Below are positions 50,864-60,770 of a stretch of DNA of 64,000 nt, in pieces. The DNA is from an uncultured virus (IMG/VR IMGVR_UViG_3300001528_000811) (lineage: Duplodnaviria > Heunggongvirae > Uroviricota > Caudoviricetes): the IMG/VR virus record IMGVR_UViG_3300001528_000811; one strand, given 5' to 3'. The number at the start of each line of letters is the position of its first letter. Within the stretch, counting starts at the first letter, position 1. The notes below the pieces were generated by a model. The model was not told the origin of the DNA and searched no databases. It saw only the letters and a program-made list of their open reading frames with translations. Both the position numbers and the translations under genes were made by a program.

Positions 50864-51451
50864 ATGAAATTGGTATTAGACGTTGAAGCGACAGGACTTA
50901 AAGAAACAGATGATATATTACAATTAGCAACAATTATATTAAATTCAAATGATAGTGTTTTTGCAGCATATAATTTTTATTTTAAGACAGATAAAAAATA
51001 TGCAGAAGCTTATATAATAAATGGACTTTTAAAGGAGAAGTTAGCTAATTCTAATTATAATCAAGATAATGTAAAACAGATAATGAAAATAATATTGAAA
51101 GATGTGGATACACTTATAGGCTATAATTTAATGTTTGATTTAAATTTAATATTTAATAAATGTGATGATGTTTTAATAAATAATATATATAATCTAAATA
51201 AATTAGATATGATGAAAGATTTGGATTGGTATAAAGCTGGATTCGATTCTAAAAAAGGCTTTACAAAACATTATTTAAGATTAGAAGAGTCAGTATCGAA
51301 AATGATAAATAGCGGGACAGATATTAATGATATGAAAAAAGAATATCAACAAATATTTAACACAAAAGATGCAAATTTTCATGATGCTAGATGGGACACT
51401 TATACAACATATTTATTGTATAGAGATTATTACAAAAAACTTAATCTTTAA
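50864..51451 (+). CDS. DEDDh 3'-5' exonuclease (DnaQ/epsilon-like)
   Basis: LDVEATG, IGYNLMFD, HDARWDT. Confidence 0.9.
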   Translation: MKLVLDVEATGLKETDDILQLATIILNSNDSVFAAYNFYFKTDKKYAEAYIINGLLKEKLANSNYNQDNVKQIMKIILKDVDTLIGYNLMFDLNLIFNKCDDVLINNIYNLNKLDMMKDLDWYKAGFDSKKGFTKHYLRLEESVSKMINSGTDINDMKKEYQQIFNTKDANFHDARWDTYTTYLLYRDYYKKLNL

Positions 51452-51483
51452 TATTAGTATTCATTTTTATTATGACAGTATTT

Positions 51484-51525
51484 AATATTTAATATTTAAT
51501 ATTTAATATTTAATATTTAATATTT
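51484..51525. repeat. (AATATTT)x6 perfect tandem repeat
   Basis: Six exact copies read directly. Confidence 0.95.
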
Positions 51526-51542
51526 AACTCCTATAGTTTAAG

Positions 51543-53411
51543 GTGGTGAAATTTTTAATGTTTCAGAGGTATAAAGAATTAAAAATAAAAATAAAAGATA
51601 TAGGAGAGAAATTAATAGATTTAGATATAAACATTAAGGAATTAAGAAATCAAATAGATATATATAAAATAGATATTAAAGATAAACAAGATAATATAAG
51701 AATACAATTAGAGCAACAATCTGAACGTTTATTTACAAATACATTAAACGATAATTTAGATGAAATAGTAGAATTAAAAATGGATTTAAATAATTACGAA
51801 AATAATATAATAAAAACTTTTGAGAATTTAATTAATAAATGTAATAATAAGAATTATATAGATTTTTATAATTTTAATGAACTATTAAATACTTTAGAAT
51901 TGATAGATGATAAATTAATTAAAATTTTAAACAAATCACAATGTAATGAATATTTAGATTATTTTAAAAATACAGATTTAATTCTATTAAAAAATAAATT
52001 ATCAAACGAGGATATTTTAAAATATCTAAATTATTATACTAATTATGATTTAACAAAAGAGGCTAATAATTATTTCTTAACATTAGTAAACTTACTAAGT
52101 AAAATAGAAGATAACTCAATTTTAATTGCTATATTATTTTTATTTTTCTTTTTAGTTTATATTTTTAAATTTTATATTATAGTACCTTATATTTTTATTT
52201 ATTTTTGTACTTTAATAATAGATGTAAAAAAATTTATTTTAATAATAAGATTGTGTAATCTAAAAAATATAATAGAAATTCAAAAAAATACTTTAAATAT
52301 ATATAACGAAAAAAAGAGTAAAGAAATAATAAAATTGCAAATAAATCAATTGAAAAATAAAAAAGAGTTATATATAGAAAATGTTAAAAAATTAAGAAAA
52401 TTAATTGACAGAAGGGAAGATGAAATAAGGTATGAAACAAAAAAGAATTTTAATTATGAAAAAGCACAAAAAGAAGCAGAAAATAATATAAAATTATTAG
52501 AAAAAGATATAAATGAAAAAATAGAAATGATACAAGAAACATTAAAATATAAAGAAAAAGAATATGAAAAATTAAATGAAGCGAAAAATACTTTAATAGA
52601 AGAATTTAATAAATTAAAAAAAAATATAAAATCCTCCTATGAAGAACTTAAACCTAATTTTAATTCATATAGTATGTTAAAAGAATTTTTTTTAGGTTTT
52701 ACTGAAGATGAAGATATTTCAACTTTTGTTTATACTAGAGAACCTTATCTTATAGTATATAATGATACTATCGGACAATTTGAAGCAATGTTACAAATGA
52801 TTTCTATGATATTATGTCAAATAATTTGTAATATGACACCATTAGCATATCATATAAATATTATAGATACTTTAACAGCAGGAATGGGTTTGATGGGTTT
52901 TACAGCATCTTATAAAGATGATGAGCAAAATAATTTAGTATCTTTAATTATAAATGACAAATCTTATGAAGATTTAATAAATAATCTTTATAATGAATTT
53001 ATGAATCGTGGAGTAGAAATAAAGACATCTTTTAATGATATAGAAGAATACAATAATAAACAATTATCAATAGAAGCTAGAAGTCTACCTTATATTATTA
53101 ATATCTTTTTTAATTATAACTTAACAACAGTAATTAATAATGATAAGTTAAAACAATTAAATAAAGTAGGTTCTGAAATAGGAATTGACAATATTTATGT
53201 TTTTAATATATCTGAAATTGAAAGTAATAAAAAAAATAGAGAAACTGTGAGTACATCAAAAATTTATAAATATAAATATGAAGATTACAGTGAGTTTATA
53301 AAAATATTTAAAAAAGAGAATATATTTTCTTTTAATATAAATAATGATGATATAAAGATAGTACCTTTAACAAAAGATGAAATGGAAAATATAATAATAA
53401 AAAATATTTAA
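51543..53411 (+). CDS. Coiled-coil membrane protein with C-terminal degenerate FtsK-like domain
   Basis: Coiled coils flanking a TM hairpin (ILIAILFLFFFLVYIFKFYIIVPYIFIYF); INIID, LYNEFMNR, DIEEYN, LPYIINIF, VGSEIGI resemble FtsK layout without Walker A. Confidence 0.6.
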   Translation: MVKFLMFQRYKELKIKIKDIGEKLIDLDINIKELRNQIDIYKIDIKDKQDNIRIQLEQQSERLFTNTLNDNLDEIVELKMDLNNYENNIIKTFENLINKCNNKNYIDFYNFNELLNTLELIDDKLIKILNKSQCNEYLDYFKNTDLILLKNKLSNEDILKYLNYYTNYDLTKEANNYFLTLVNLLSKIEDNSILIAILFLFFFLVYIFKFYIIVPYIFIYFCTLIIDVKKFILIIRLCNLKNIIEIQKNTLNIYNEKKSKEIIKLQINQLKNKKELYIENVKKLRKLIDRREDEIRYETKKNFNYEKAQKEAENNIKLLEKDINEKIEMIQETLKYKEKEYEKLNEAKNTLIEEFNKLKKNIKSSYEELKPNFNSYSMLKEFFLGFTEDEDISTFVYTREPYLIVYNDTIGQFEAMLQMISMILCQIICNMTPLAYHINIIDTLTAGMGLMGFTASYKDDEQNNLVSLIINDKSYEDLINNLYNEFMNRGVEIKTSFNDIEEYNNKQLSIEARSLPYIINIFFNYNLTTVINNDKLKQLNKVGSEIGIDNIYVFNISEIESNKKNRETVSTSKIYKYKYEDYSEFIKIFKKENIFSFNINNDDIKIVPLTKDEMENIIIKNI

Positions 53412-53431
53412 TAGTTGAGAGGAGTTATATA

Positions 53432-56056
53432 ATGAAATTAATAACATCAAAATTAGATTTTATAGATATTCCTATAGAATATTTTGTAGGATATATAAAT
53501 GATGAAAAACAATTAATATGTTTAGGTGAAATATTTAATAATTTAGAGGAATTTAATTTTTTAATTAGGAATGAGATAATTGAATTAGATACTTTAATGA
53601 TAAGAGATATTGCAATACCTTATTTTAATTTAAATGAAAAAATTGAAATAATAAATTTAGGTTCAGAAATAGATTTAAAGAATTTAAAAAACTTAGCATC
53701 AAATTATAATATGGACATTTCAGTAAAAAAGAAGTTAGACCCATTATTAATTACAATGAATTTAACTTCTGAAGAAATTTATATATTGCAGCAATTTATA
53801 ACAAATACATTTACCATAAAAAATGAATTAAAAGAAAATTATTACAATGATAATTTCTTAAATTCAGATTTAATAATTATGAATCAAGCATTTGATATTT
53901 TAAGAAATAGTAGAAAGAAAAATCCCAAAATATCAAATATTAGATATTCTTTAGTAAATACTTTTAACAATATTACATCATCTCAAATAACATCAAGTGA
54001 TATATTATCTATAAGAATACCAGATATTGATATGTTACGAAATTATAAAAATAAATTAAAAAATGCAAAAATAAAGAATATAGAAAATTACGATTTAATA
54101 GAAAACAGAATTTTTGAATTAATAAATGATTATATTACAGATTTTGTTTATGAATTAAAAAGTAATGATTTACAGAGATTAGGTATTAGGCAATCTTCGG
54201 ACAAATCTAATTATGAGTCTACAGAGTGTGAAGTTATTGGAAATGATGTTAATGACCATTTATCAATTTTTATAAATGAAAAATCTTTTTATGATGCTTT
54301 AAAAAATTTTATAATAGAATATATAAAAATATTCTCTGAAGATGAATTTGATAAGAACTTAATATTATCTAATTTATATACATCAGACAATAGATTTATG
54401 AAACCTTTAATAATATTAATAAATGGTTATATATCTTTGGGTATCTATGAAAACTGGGCATTCATTAGAAATATGTCAGAAGATGAAAGAGCATTTGTTT
54501 ATAAGAGTAAACAAACAATGTTAACTTATAATGATGACGATAATGAGGAAGAAGAAAATAATGATGTATATTATGGTATAACAGAGAAACAGCTTTTAAG
54601 ACAATTTGAAGAACAATATTTAGATATAGCAAAAGTATGCAATAATATAGGTTCAAATTCTCAATATTACTATCTGGATAAAATAAAAACATTTATGTTA
54701 ACAAATGATTGTTCAACATTAGCCGTATTGGAATTAATTATAAAGCTTTTTAGGTGGGGTAATAGAAAACCTAGAAATATCTATCTTGAATGGGGAGAGA
54801 TGCATTATAGTTTAAGAAATAGTTATTTGGATTTATTGGAAATGGACACAATATTTACAGGAAATAGTTTAGCACAAAAACCAGTAGATTTCACAGATGA
54901 ATATCAATATAATTTTATTGGCTTTGGAATATCTGAATATAAAGAATTGGTAGAAGGTGTAGAAGCACCGACAAGACCTTTATCTAAAGCGGATATCTTA
55001 TATATGGAACAATTTTTAAATATAGAAATACCTGAAGGATTAAAAAATGGTATTAGATTAAATTCCATAATAACAAGTTTTCTCTTTAATGAATATTATA
55101 CTGAATTTGACAAATTAAAAAGTCGATTAATAGCAGTAGACTTATTTGATATAAAACAATTTTTAAATGAACATACAGCAGCAGGAATTAGGCTAGATAG
55201 TTCAAATAATATAGAATTATTTAATTATGAAGATGAAGAAACAGGTATCAATGGAATAAATTATAACAATTTAATTTTTATTGATACTTTTAATCTTTCT
55301 TATTTTTATAAAAGAAATTCTCTGCAAATGTGTAAAATATTTTTTGATAAGACTTTATATAAAACTTATTCAAATGTTAAAACGGCAGATGAGCAATTTA
55401 ATTTTACAGCAATAAATTTAATTGATAAAATATTTAATAAAAATTTAATAGTTAATATTTTAATGCCAAAAGAAAAGACAAATGAGAATGATTATTTAAT
55501 ATATAAAGAGTTTGGTTATAAAATATTACATTATATAGAACTTTGTAATGATTTAAATATTATTACTAATAATACTATAGATACGGCAGAGTCCTATACA
55601 AAAATTTATCACAATTTAAAATCATCTATAAAAAATATAGAAGATGAAATAAAATTAAGAATTGAATTAATAAATGATGTTTTAAATACCAATTATAAAA
55701 TAAAGATTAATAAAGAATTAAAAATAGAAGATAATGTGTTACTTGAAAAAATGGAAATTTCGGAAAAAGCAATTTTTTATTTTACAATTGAAAATGGAGT
55801 ACACCATTTATATGTAAATTCAGAATTTCCTGATTTACCACAATCTTCAGAATATAAATATTTTACAAATGCAAATGCAGGGTATAGATTATTAGTAGAT
55901 AAAGTAAAAAGATTTGAAGAGACCAAACAAACCTTAAAATTATCTAGAGCTTGTTTACAGGGAGTACAGCAAATAATAAGTTTTTATGCTAAAATAATAA
56001 AAACAGGAGATGTAAAAACTGTTTATGCTGTTCTAGAAAAAAATTATAAGTGTTAG
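53432..56056 (+). CDS. Large hypothetical protein
   Basis: 874-aa ORF, GAGGAG SD. Confidence 0.8.
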   Translation: MKLITSKLDFIDIPIEYFVGYINDEKQLICLGEIFNNLEEFNFLIRNEIIELDTLMIRDIAIPYFNLNEKIEIINLGSEIDLKNLKNLASNYNMDISVKKKLDPLLITMNLTSEEIYILQQFITNTFTIKNELKENYYNDNFLNSDLIIMNQAFDILRNSRKKNPKISNIRYSLVNTFNNITSSQITSSDILSIRIPDIDMLRNYKNKLKNAKIKNIENYDLIENRIFELINDYITDFVYELKSNDLQRLGIRQSSDKSNYESTECEVIGNDVNDHLSIFINEKSFYDALKNFIIEYIKIFSEDEFDKNLILSNLYTSDNRFMKPLIILINGYISLGIYENWAFIRNMSEDERAFVYKSKQTMLTYNDDDNEEEENNDVYYGITEKQLLRQFEEQYLDIAKVCNNIGSNSQYYYLDKIKTFMLTNDCSTLAVLELIIKLFRWGNRKPRNIYLEWGEMHYSLRNSYLDLLEMDTIFTGNSLAQKPVDFTDEYQYNFIGFGISEYKELVEGVEAPTRPLSKADILYMEQFLNIEIPEGLKNGIRLNSIITSFLFNEYYTEFDKLKSRLIAVDLFDIKQFLNEHTAAGIRLDSSNNIELFNYEDEETGINGINYNNLIFIDTFNLSYFYKRNSLQMCKIFFDKTLYKTYSNVKTADEQFNFTAINLIDKIFNKNLIVNILMPKEKTNENDYLIYKEFGYKILHYIELCNDLNIITNNTIDTAESYTKIYHNLKSSIKNIEDEIKLRIELINDVLNTNYKIKINKELKIEDNVLLEKMEISEKAIFYFTIENGVHHLYVNSEFPDLPQSSEYKYFTNANAGYRLLVDKVKRFEETKQTLKLSRACLQGVQQIISFYAKIIKTGDVKTVYAVLEKNYKC

Positions 56057-56120
56057 GTAAACATTTTCAATATTTAATATTTAATGTTAAGATTAACTAA
56101 CTAAACCCTACTATTTTTAT

Positions 56121-56210
56121 TTTTAATATTTAATATTTTTGATATTAGTATTCTTTTTTAATATTTAATATTTTTGATATTAGTATTCTTTTTAATATTT
56201 AATATTTTGA
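56121..56210. repeat. 34-35-bp direct repeat x2.5 carrying the intergenic motif
   Basis: AATATTTAATATTTTTGATATTAGTATTCTTTTT at 56125 and 56160, partial at 56194. Confidence 0.9.
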
Positions 56211-56234
56211 ATCTTTAATTTTTTTAATAGGGAG

Positions 56235-58586
56235 GTGGATTTATTGATTTTAAATTACGATAAATTAGCAATTAAAGAATTAGCCATATCAGCATCTAAG
56301 TTTTATCAACATGAATTAGATAAAACTTTAAATTTAGAAGATTATATTGAAATTCTTTTAAAAAATGCACAAAAAGGTGATACTAACTTTATGGGTACCA
56401 ATACTTTATATAAAAAAGTTGGTAGAAATAGAACAGTGAAAATAGCACCTAATATAAAAGAAATTTCAGATATAATAGATAGTATATCTGATAAACTAGA
56501 TGATATAAAAGAGTCTAATTTAAGTTTAGGTAAAAAAATACAAAAGAGAAAAGAATTATTACAAGAAAATATAAAACCTATAAAAATAGTAGAATTAAAA
56601 GATACAGATAAAATTTGGTGGGGAGATACAATCGATGGTATTAACATTCGATTTGGTTTATTAAATAATGATAGGTCAAAACCAGCTCTTGTAAATTTTG
56701 ATAACAATTGTGTACATGGTAATGCAGGAGGAGAAACAGGACAAGGAAAATCTGTAATGGATGATTGTATTTTAATGTCTTGGATTTATGAATATCCACC
56801 TTGGGAATTGAAGATTTATTTTATAGATGCTAAAATGGCGGAGGGTTCTAAATACAATGGAATGTATAAAGTTCCAACTATTAAAGATATAGGTATGACA
56901 GGTACAGGTAGTTATGCTTCAACTATATATAATTACGTATCAAAAGAAATGACTTTATTATATAGCATAAATTCAAAATTAGAAATAAATAGTTTAAAAG
57001 CTTTAAGAGGTATGCTTGATATGGCAATACCTCGAACTATTATATTACATGATGAGATGACAGAAACTACTAATAGATGTACAAATAAAGAATTAGAAGT
57101 TTTAATGAATTCTTTAACAACAATTGTAAATCAAGGTCGAGCAGTAGGAAATCATTTATTTTTAACAACACAAACTTTCGCAGGAGTATTAAGTAATAAA
57201 ATACAAGGACAATTTGCTTTAGGTTTAAGTGTAGGAGCTAACCCAGATATTAGTGATAATTTAATAGGTAATGATAGAGCTACTGGATTAAAAAAGAAAA
57301 GAGGTTACTGTATTGTAAATAATAAAAGAAATATTAAAAATAATATAGATTTTAATCTAGAAGCAAAAGTAGCTTTTTGTCCAACAGGGGATGAAGCTGG
57401 TCAGAAGATATTTCTTAATCTCCTAAAAGTTGTGTCTGATTTTGCTGATGAAAAAGGAATTACAGAAAGGTCTACTGCTTTTAGCGAAGAGTCTTCAACT
57501 AACATAAAAAATTTTGATGAAGATTTAAAAGAAGTACAATTAAAAGCTGAAGAACAAATACAGCAATTTAATTTTAATAATTTAACCACTTTGTTATTGG
57601 GAGATGGTATGGTTTATACAGGTTCTGTAAAAACCTATAAAGAATATTTAATATGGAATTATGAAAAAAAATCTAACTTATTTATACATACTTCTAATAT
57701 ATCAAATTTAATTTATATGACAAGAATGGTAGGTAAAGCAATAGATAATTTAAATAAAGATATAACGCACTATGCTATAATAGACAAAGCTATGCTATTT
57801 AAAGATAATATTATAAATAGTTCTATAAGCAAAGATTATACCGGAGATTTTAATGTTAATAGTTATTTAAAAGATATAGAAGTAAGAAAAACTTTTTTAC
57901 GATATGGGAATATATGCAGAGGAGAAAATAAGAAGTGGAACTTTTTTGATTTTATAGATTATTTAATATCCAAAAATTTATTTGAATTTAAGATAGAATT
58001 TATAGAATTTAAAAAAACAATTTCAAGTTTAATTCTATTTGAAAAAGCAATCCCAGCTTTAATAGAACTTTGTCAATCGAGAAATGTTTTTGAATATAAT
58101 TTAAATAATAAGTCTTTAAAATATTTTAAAGAACATATAGAATTTTACACTTTAACAATGAGATGGATGATTAGATATAATTTAATAAAATCTCGCATAA
58201 CAAAAGATTATTTAAAACCCGAAGATTTACCTGTAAAAATCTTTTGGTTTTTTGGACCAAGTAATAATGATGGTATAAAAAATAAATGGGGAGAAATATC
58301 AAATGAATTTAATCAATTTTTAATTGAAGGTTCAGAAGTAGGTTTATTTAGTATTTTAATTGTAGATGAATTGGAGAACGCTGCTGCAACAGTTAAATGT
58401 TGTAAACACTTAATAGCTTCAACTTTACACCCATCTATAGATAAATATAATTTAATTAATTTTAAAGAAAATGAAAAAATAAAAGGTAAGTTATTTTCTT
58501 ATACTCAATGTGAGAATACAAATACACCTACAGTATATTTTAAACGTTATTATACCGGAAAAGATTTAACTGTTTTAAATTTTTAA
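56235..58586 (+). CDS. FtsK/SpoIIIE (EssC/EccC-like) ATPase with second degenerate ATPase domain
   Basis: HGNAGGETGQGKS, YPPWELKIYFIDAK, IILHDE, QGRAVGNHLFLTTQ; C-terminal LIEGSEVGLF. Confidence 0.85.
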   Translation: MDLLILNYDKLAIKELAISASKFYQHELDKTLNLEDYIEILLKNAQKGDTNFMGTNTLYKKVGRNRTVKIAPNIKEISDIIDSISDKLDDIKESNLSLGKKIQKRKELLQENIKPIKIVELKDTDKIWWGDTIDGINIRFGLLNNDRSKPALVNFDNNCVHGNAGGETGQGKSVMDDCILMSWIYEYPPWELKIYFIDAKMAEGSKYNGMYKVPTIKDIGMTGTGSYASTIYNYVSKEMTLLYSINSKLEINSLKALRGMLDMAIPRTIILHDEMTETTNRCTNKELEVLMNSLTTIVNQGRAVGNHLFLTTQTFAGVLSNKIQGQFALGLSVGANPDISDNLIGNDRATGLKKKRGYCIVNNKRNIKNNIDFNLEAKVAFCPTGDEAGQKIFLNLLKVVSDFADEKGITERSTAFSEESSTNIKNFDEDLKEVQLKAEEQIQQFNFNNLTTLLLGDGMVYTGSVKTYKEYLIWNYEKKSNLFIHTSNISNLIYMTRMVGKAIDNLNKDITHYAIIDKAMLFKDNIINSSISKDYTGDFNVNSYLKDIEVRKTFLRYGNICRGENKKWNFFDFIDYLISKNLFEFKIEFIEFKKTISSLILFEKAIPALIELCQSRNVFEYNLNNKSLKYFKEHIEFYTLTMRWMIRYNLIKSRITKDYLKPEDLPVKIFWFFGPSNNDGIKNKWGEISNEFNQFLIEGSEVGLFSILIVDELENAAATVKCCKHLIASTLHPSIDKYNLINFKENEKIKGKLFSYTQCENTNTPTVYFKRYYTGKDLTVLNF

Positions 58587-58703
58587 AAGTCGGTATATAA
58601 AACTAGATATTTTTAATAATTGTATGTATATAAGATTAGTCAAGAGATATGGGCTATCTTGATTTAATATATTAAATTTTAATAAATGAAAGGAGTGCTA
58701 AAT

Positions 58704-59399
58704 ATGGCACAGATTTTAGCTTCAGGAAAGAAAATTGATTTTGTAAAAAATGTCACAGAGGAAACACTTAAATTACAAAGAATATTGCAAGAAGGTATTC
58801 TAGATGTAAAGAAAACAGCAAATGAGATTAATCAATCTACATTTGTTAAAACTTACAATGCTTTAGTTGATGGCATAAATGCTTTCAATGAAGTAACAAA
58901 TGAGATTTCCACATTACTTGTAAATTCAGCGGATAATTGGAGTTCAGTACCGGGAATAGCACAAGTAGCCAAAGTTGGGTTTGAAGAAGCATCAGCAGAA
59001 GCAAAGAAAATTAAATCAAATATAATTGAGGCAAAAATTATGGAATTGCCAGATGATTTGCATGAGAATGTAACAGACGATTTAACAAGAAAATTTACAG
59101 ATGTTTTAAATGATGTCATGGTACAACCACGTGAATACATTAAAAGAGTGGCAGAAGTTATAAATGATACTTCAACAGATGATACAAGAAATTTGTACGT
59201 TTCTATAGGTGCAGGTATCGAAAGAGTAACAAATGCATTTGTACGCGCATACAATGAGAATAAAGCAGAATTGCAGAAATGGAATATTGCTTTAGAGAAT
59301 ATTCAGTCTGATACTCAGACTAAAGCAAATACAAGAATTTCTTCTGTAGATAATACAACTTCAGTATTAGAGAAAAAAGTAAAAGCAGATATACTTTAA
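58704..59399 (+). CDS. All-alpha-helical protein, possible WXG100-like/structural protein
   Basis: AAGGAG SD places start at 58704 (MAQIL); visibly higher GC and Ala/Thr-rich relative to neighbours. Confidence 0.7.
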   Translation: MAQILASGKKIDFVKNVTEETLKLQRILQEGILDVKKTANEINQSTFVKTYNALVDGINAFNEVTNEISTLLVNSADNWSSVPGIAQVAKVGFEEASAEAKKIKSNIIEAKIMELPDDLHENVTDDLTRKFTDVLNDVMVQPREYIKRVAEVINDTSTDDTRNLYVSIGAGIERVTNAFVRAYNENKAELQKWNIALENIQSDTQTKANTRISSVDNTTSVLEKKVKADIL

Positions 59400-59550
59400 T
59401 AAATTTATTATAATACAAATTTAAGTTTATTCTAATATTTAATATTTTCCAATACTCATATTTGCAGTAATCTTATTTTAATTAAAAAATTAATATTTAA
59501 ATATTTAATATTTTTGAATATCATATATAGAATTAAATATTTGAATATTT

Positions 59551-59634
59551 AATATTTTTAATTATTTAATATTTTTAATTATTTAATATTTTAATTATTT
59601 AATATTTTAATTATTTAAATATTTTAATTATTTA
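59551..59634. repeat. 16-17-bp tandem repeat (AATATTTT(T)AATTATTT(A)) x5
   Basis: Units begin at 59551, 59568, 59585, 59601, 59618. Confidence 0.85.
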
Positions 59635-59690
59635 AATATTAAATAAAAAAATTATTCTATTTCAAATAATTTTTTTATTTAATATTTAAA
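59631..59690. repeat. Perfect 26-bp inverted repeat, 8-nt loop, abutting an SD
   Basis: TTTAAATATTAAATAAAAAAATTATT (59631-59656) / reverse complement 59665-59690, then GTGAGGAG. Confidence 0.9.
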
Positions 59691-59704
59691 GTGAGGAGAT
59701 TTAT

Positions 59705-60118
59705 ATGAATAATAAGACATTTAAAAATAAGACATTTTTAAATAAAGTCGCAATGTTAAGGGATAACTTATTTAAGCGTGGTATTGAATTAACTGATCAT
59801 CAATTAAATATAATTATTAATACATTGAATTTAACTAAACATTATTATTTATTTGTATATATTAATGAAGAAGATTTTAACAATAAAATAAATGAGATAT
59901 GCGAAAAATCAGGAACTGTGATAAAGCAAAATGATTTTAATAAAAGTTTAGAAGATAATTGTTTAGTATATTTATATAATAAAACTAGAGGAAATTTTAA
60001 AATTATAATTGCTTTACATTTAAATTTTACGACAGAACAAAATTATGATATTTTAAAAGATACGCAATATGCATCTTTAATAATCGGTAAATGGAGTGAG
60101 AATAGTGAAACTTTATAG
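59705..60118 (+). CDS. Hypothetical protein
   Basis: 137-aa ORF, GAGGAG SD. Confidence 0.7.
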   Translation: MNNKTFKNKTFLNKVAMLRDNLFKRGIELTDHQLNIIINTLNLTKHYYLFVYINEEDFNNKINEICEKSGTVIKQNDFNKSLEDNCLVYLYNKTRGNFKIIIALHLNFTTEQNYDILKDTQYASLIIGKWSENSETL

Positions 60119-60758
60119 TGAAGATATAATATTAATAAAAGATTATCTGCAAAAGAATAAAGATGCTAATATAAAAATAATTATTTTTGGAGATATAATT
60201 ATTTCTAAATATAAAGAGATAGATACAATAAAACCTGAATTAAAAACATTTTTTAATTCTGAATTGGAGCTATCTTCTAAAGATAATTTTTTAATAAAGA
60301 AAGAACCTTTATGTTCAGAGATTTTTAATTTTATAGAAGAAATTCCTGATGTATATAATATTTCTAGACTTATAGAGTATTCTGAGATTTCTTTAATTAT
60401 TAACGACAATTTAATAAATAGTAGAATAGAATTATTAAGAATAATTATAGAAGATTTTAAAGAAGGTTTAGATGTTAATGTATTTAATGTTTATTATAAA
60501 ATAAATAATATTTATTATAAAGCTTATCTTATTTTAAACACTAATACTTTAGTAAAAGATTATTACTATAGAGATAATCAAAATAAAATATTATTATTAA
60601 TGTCAGATTTAAAAATATTCTTAAGTAAATTTGAAGTTAGATTTATAAAAATAGAACCAAATTTAATTTTTAAAACTTTAAATGATTTAATAGATACATT
60701 TAAAATGTTTGAGAATGAAAATACAATTTTAAAAATAAAAAAAAATAAATACACGTAA
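60096..60758 (+). CDS. Hypothetical protein
   Basis: 220-aa ORF overlapping upstream gene; start uncertain (GTG at 60096 or 60105). Confidence 0.65.
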   Translation: MRIVKLYSEDIILIKDYLQKNKDANIKIIIFGDIIISKYKEIDTIKPELKTFFNSELELSSKDNFLIKKEPLCSEIFNFIEEIPDVYNISRLIEYSEISLIINDNLINSRIELLRIIIEDFKEGLDVNVFNVYYKINNIYYKAYLILNTNTLVKDYYYRDNQNKILLLMSDLKIFLSKFEVRFIKIEPNLIFKTLNDLIDTFKMFENENTILKIKKNKYT

Positions 60759-60770
60759 AAGAGGTGTCCT

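Noticed and set aside
58640..58662. Weak inverted repeat TCAAGAGATA...TATCTTGA upstream of the 58704 gene
   Set aside because: Short and bulged; not distinguishable from chance.
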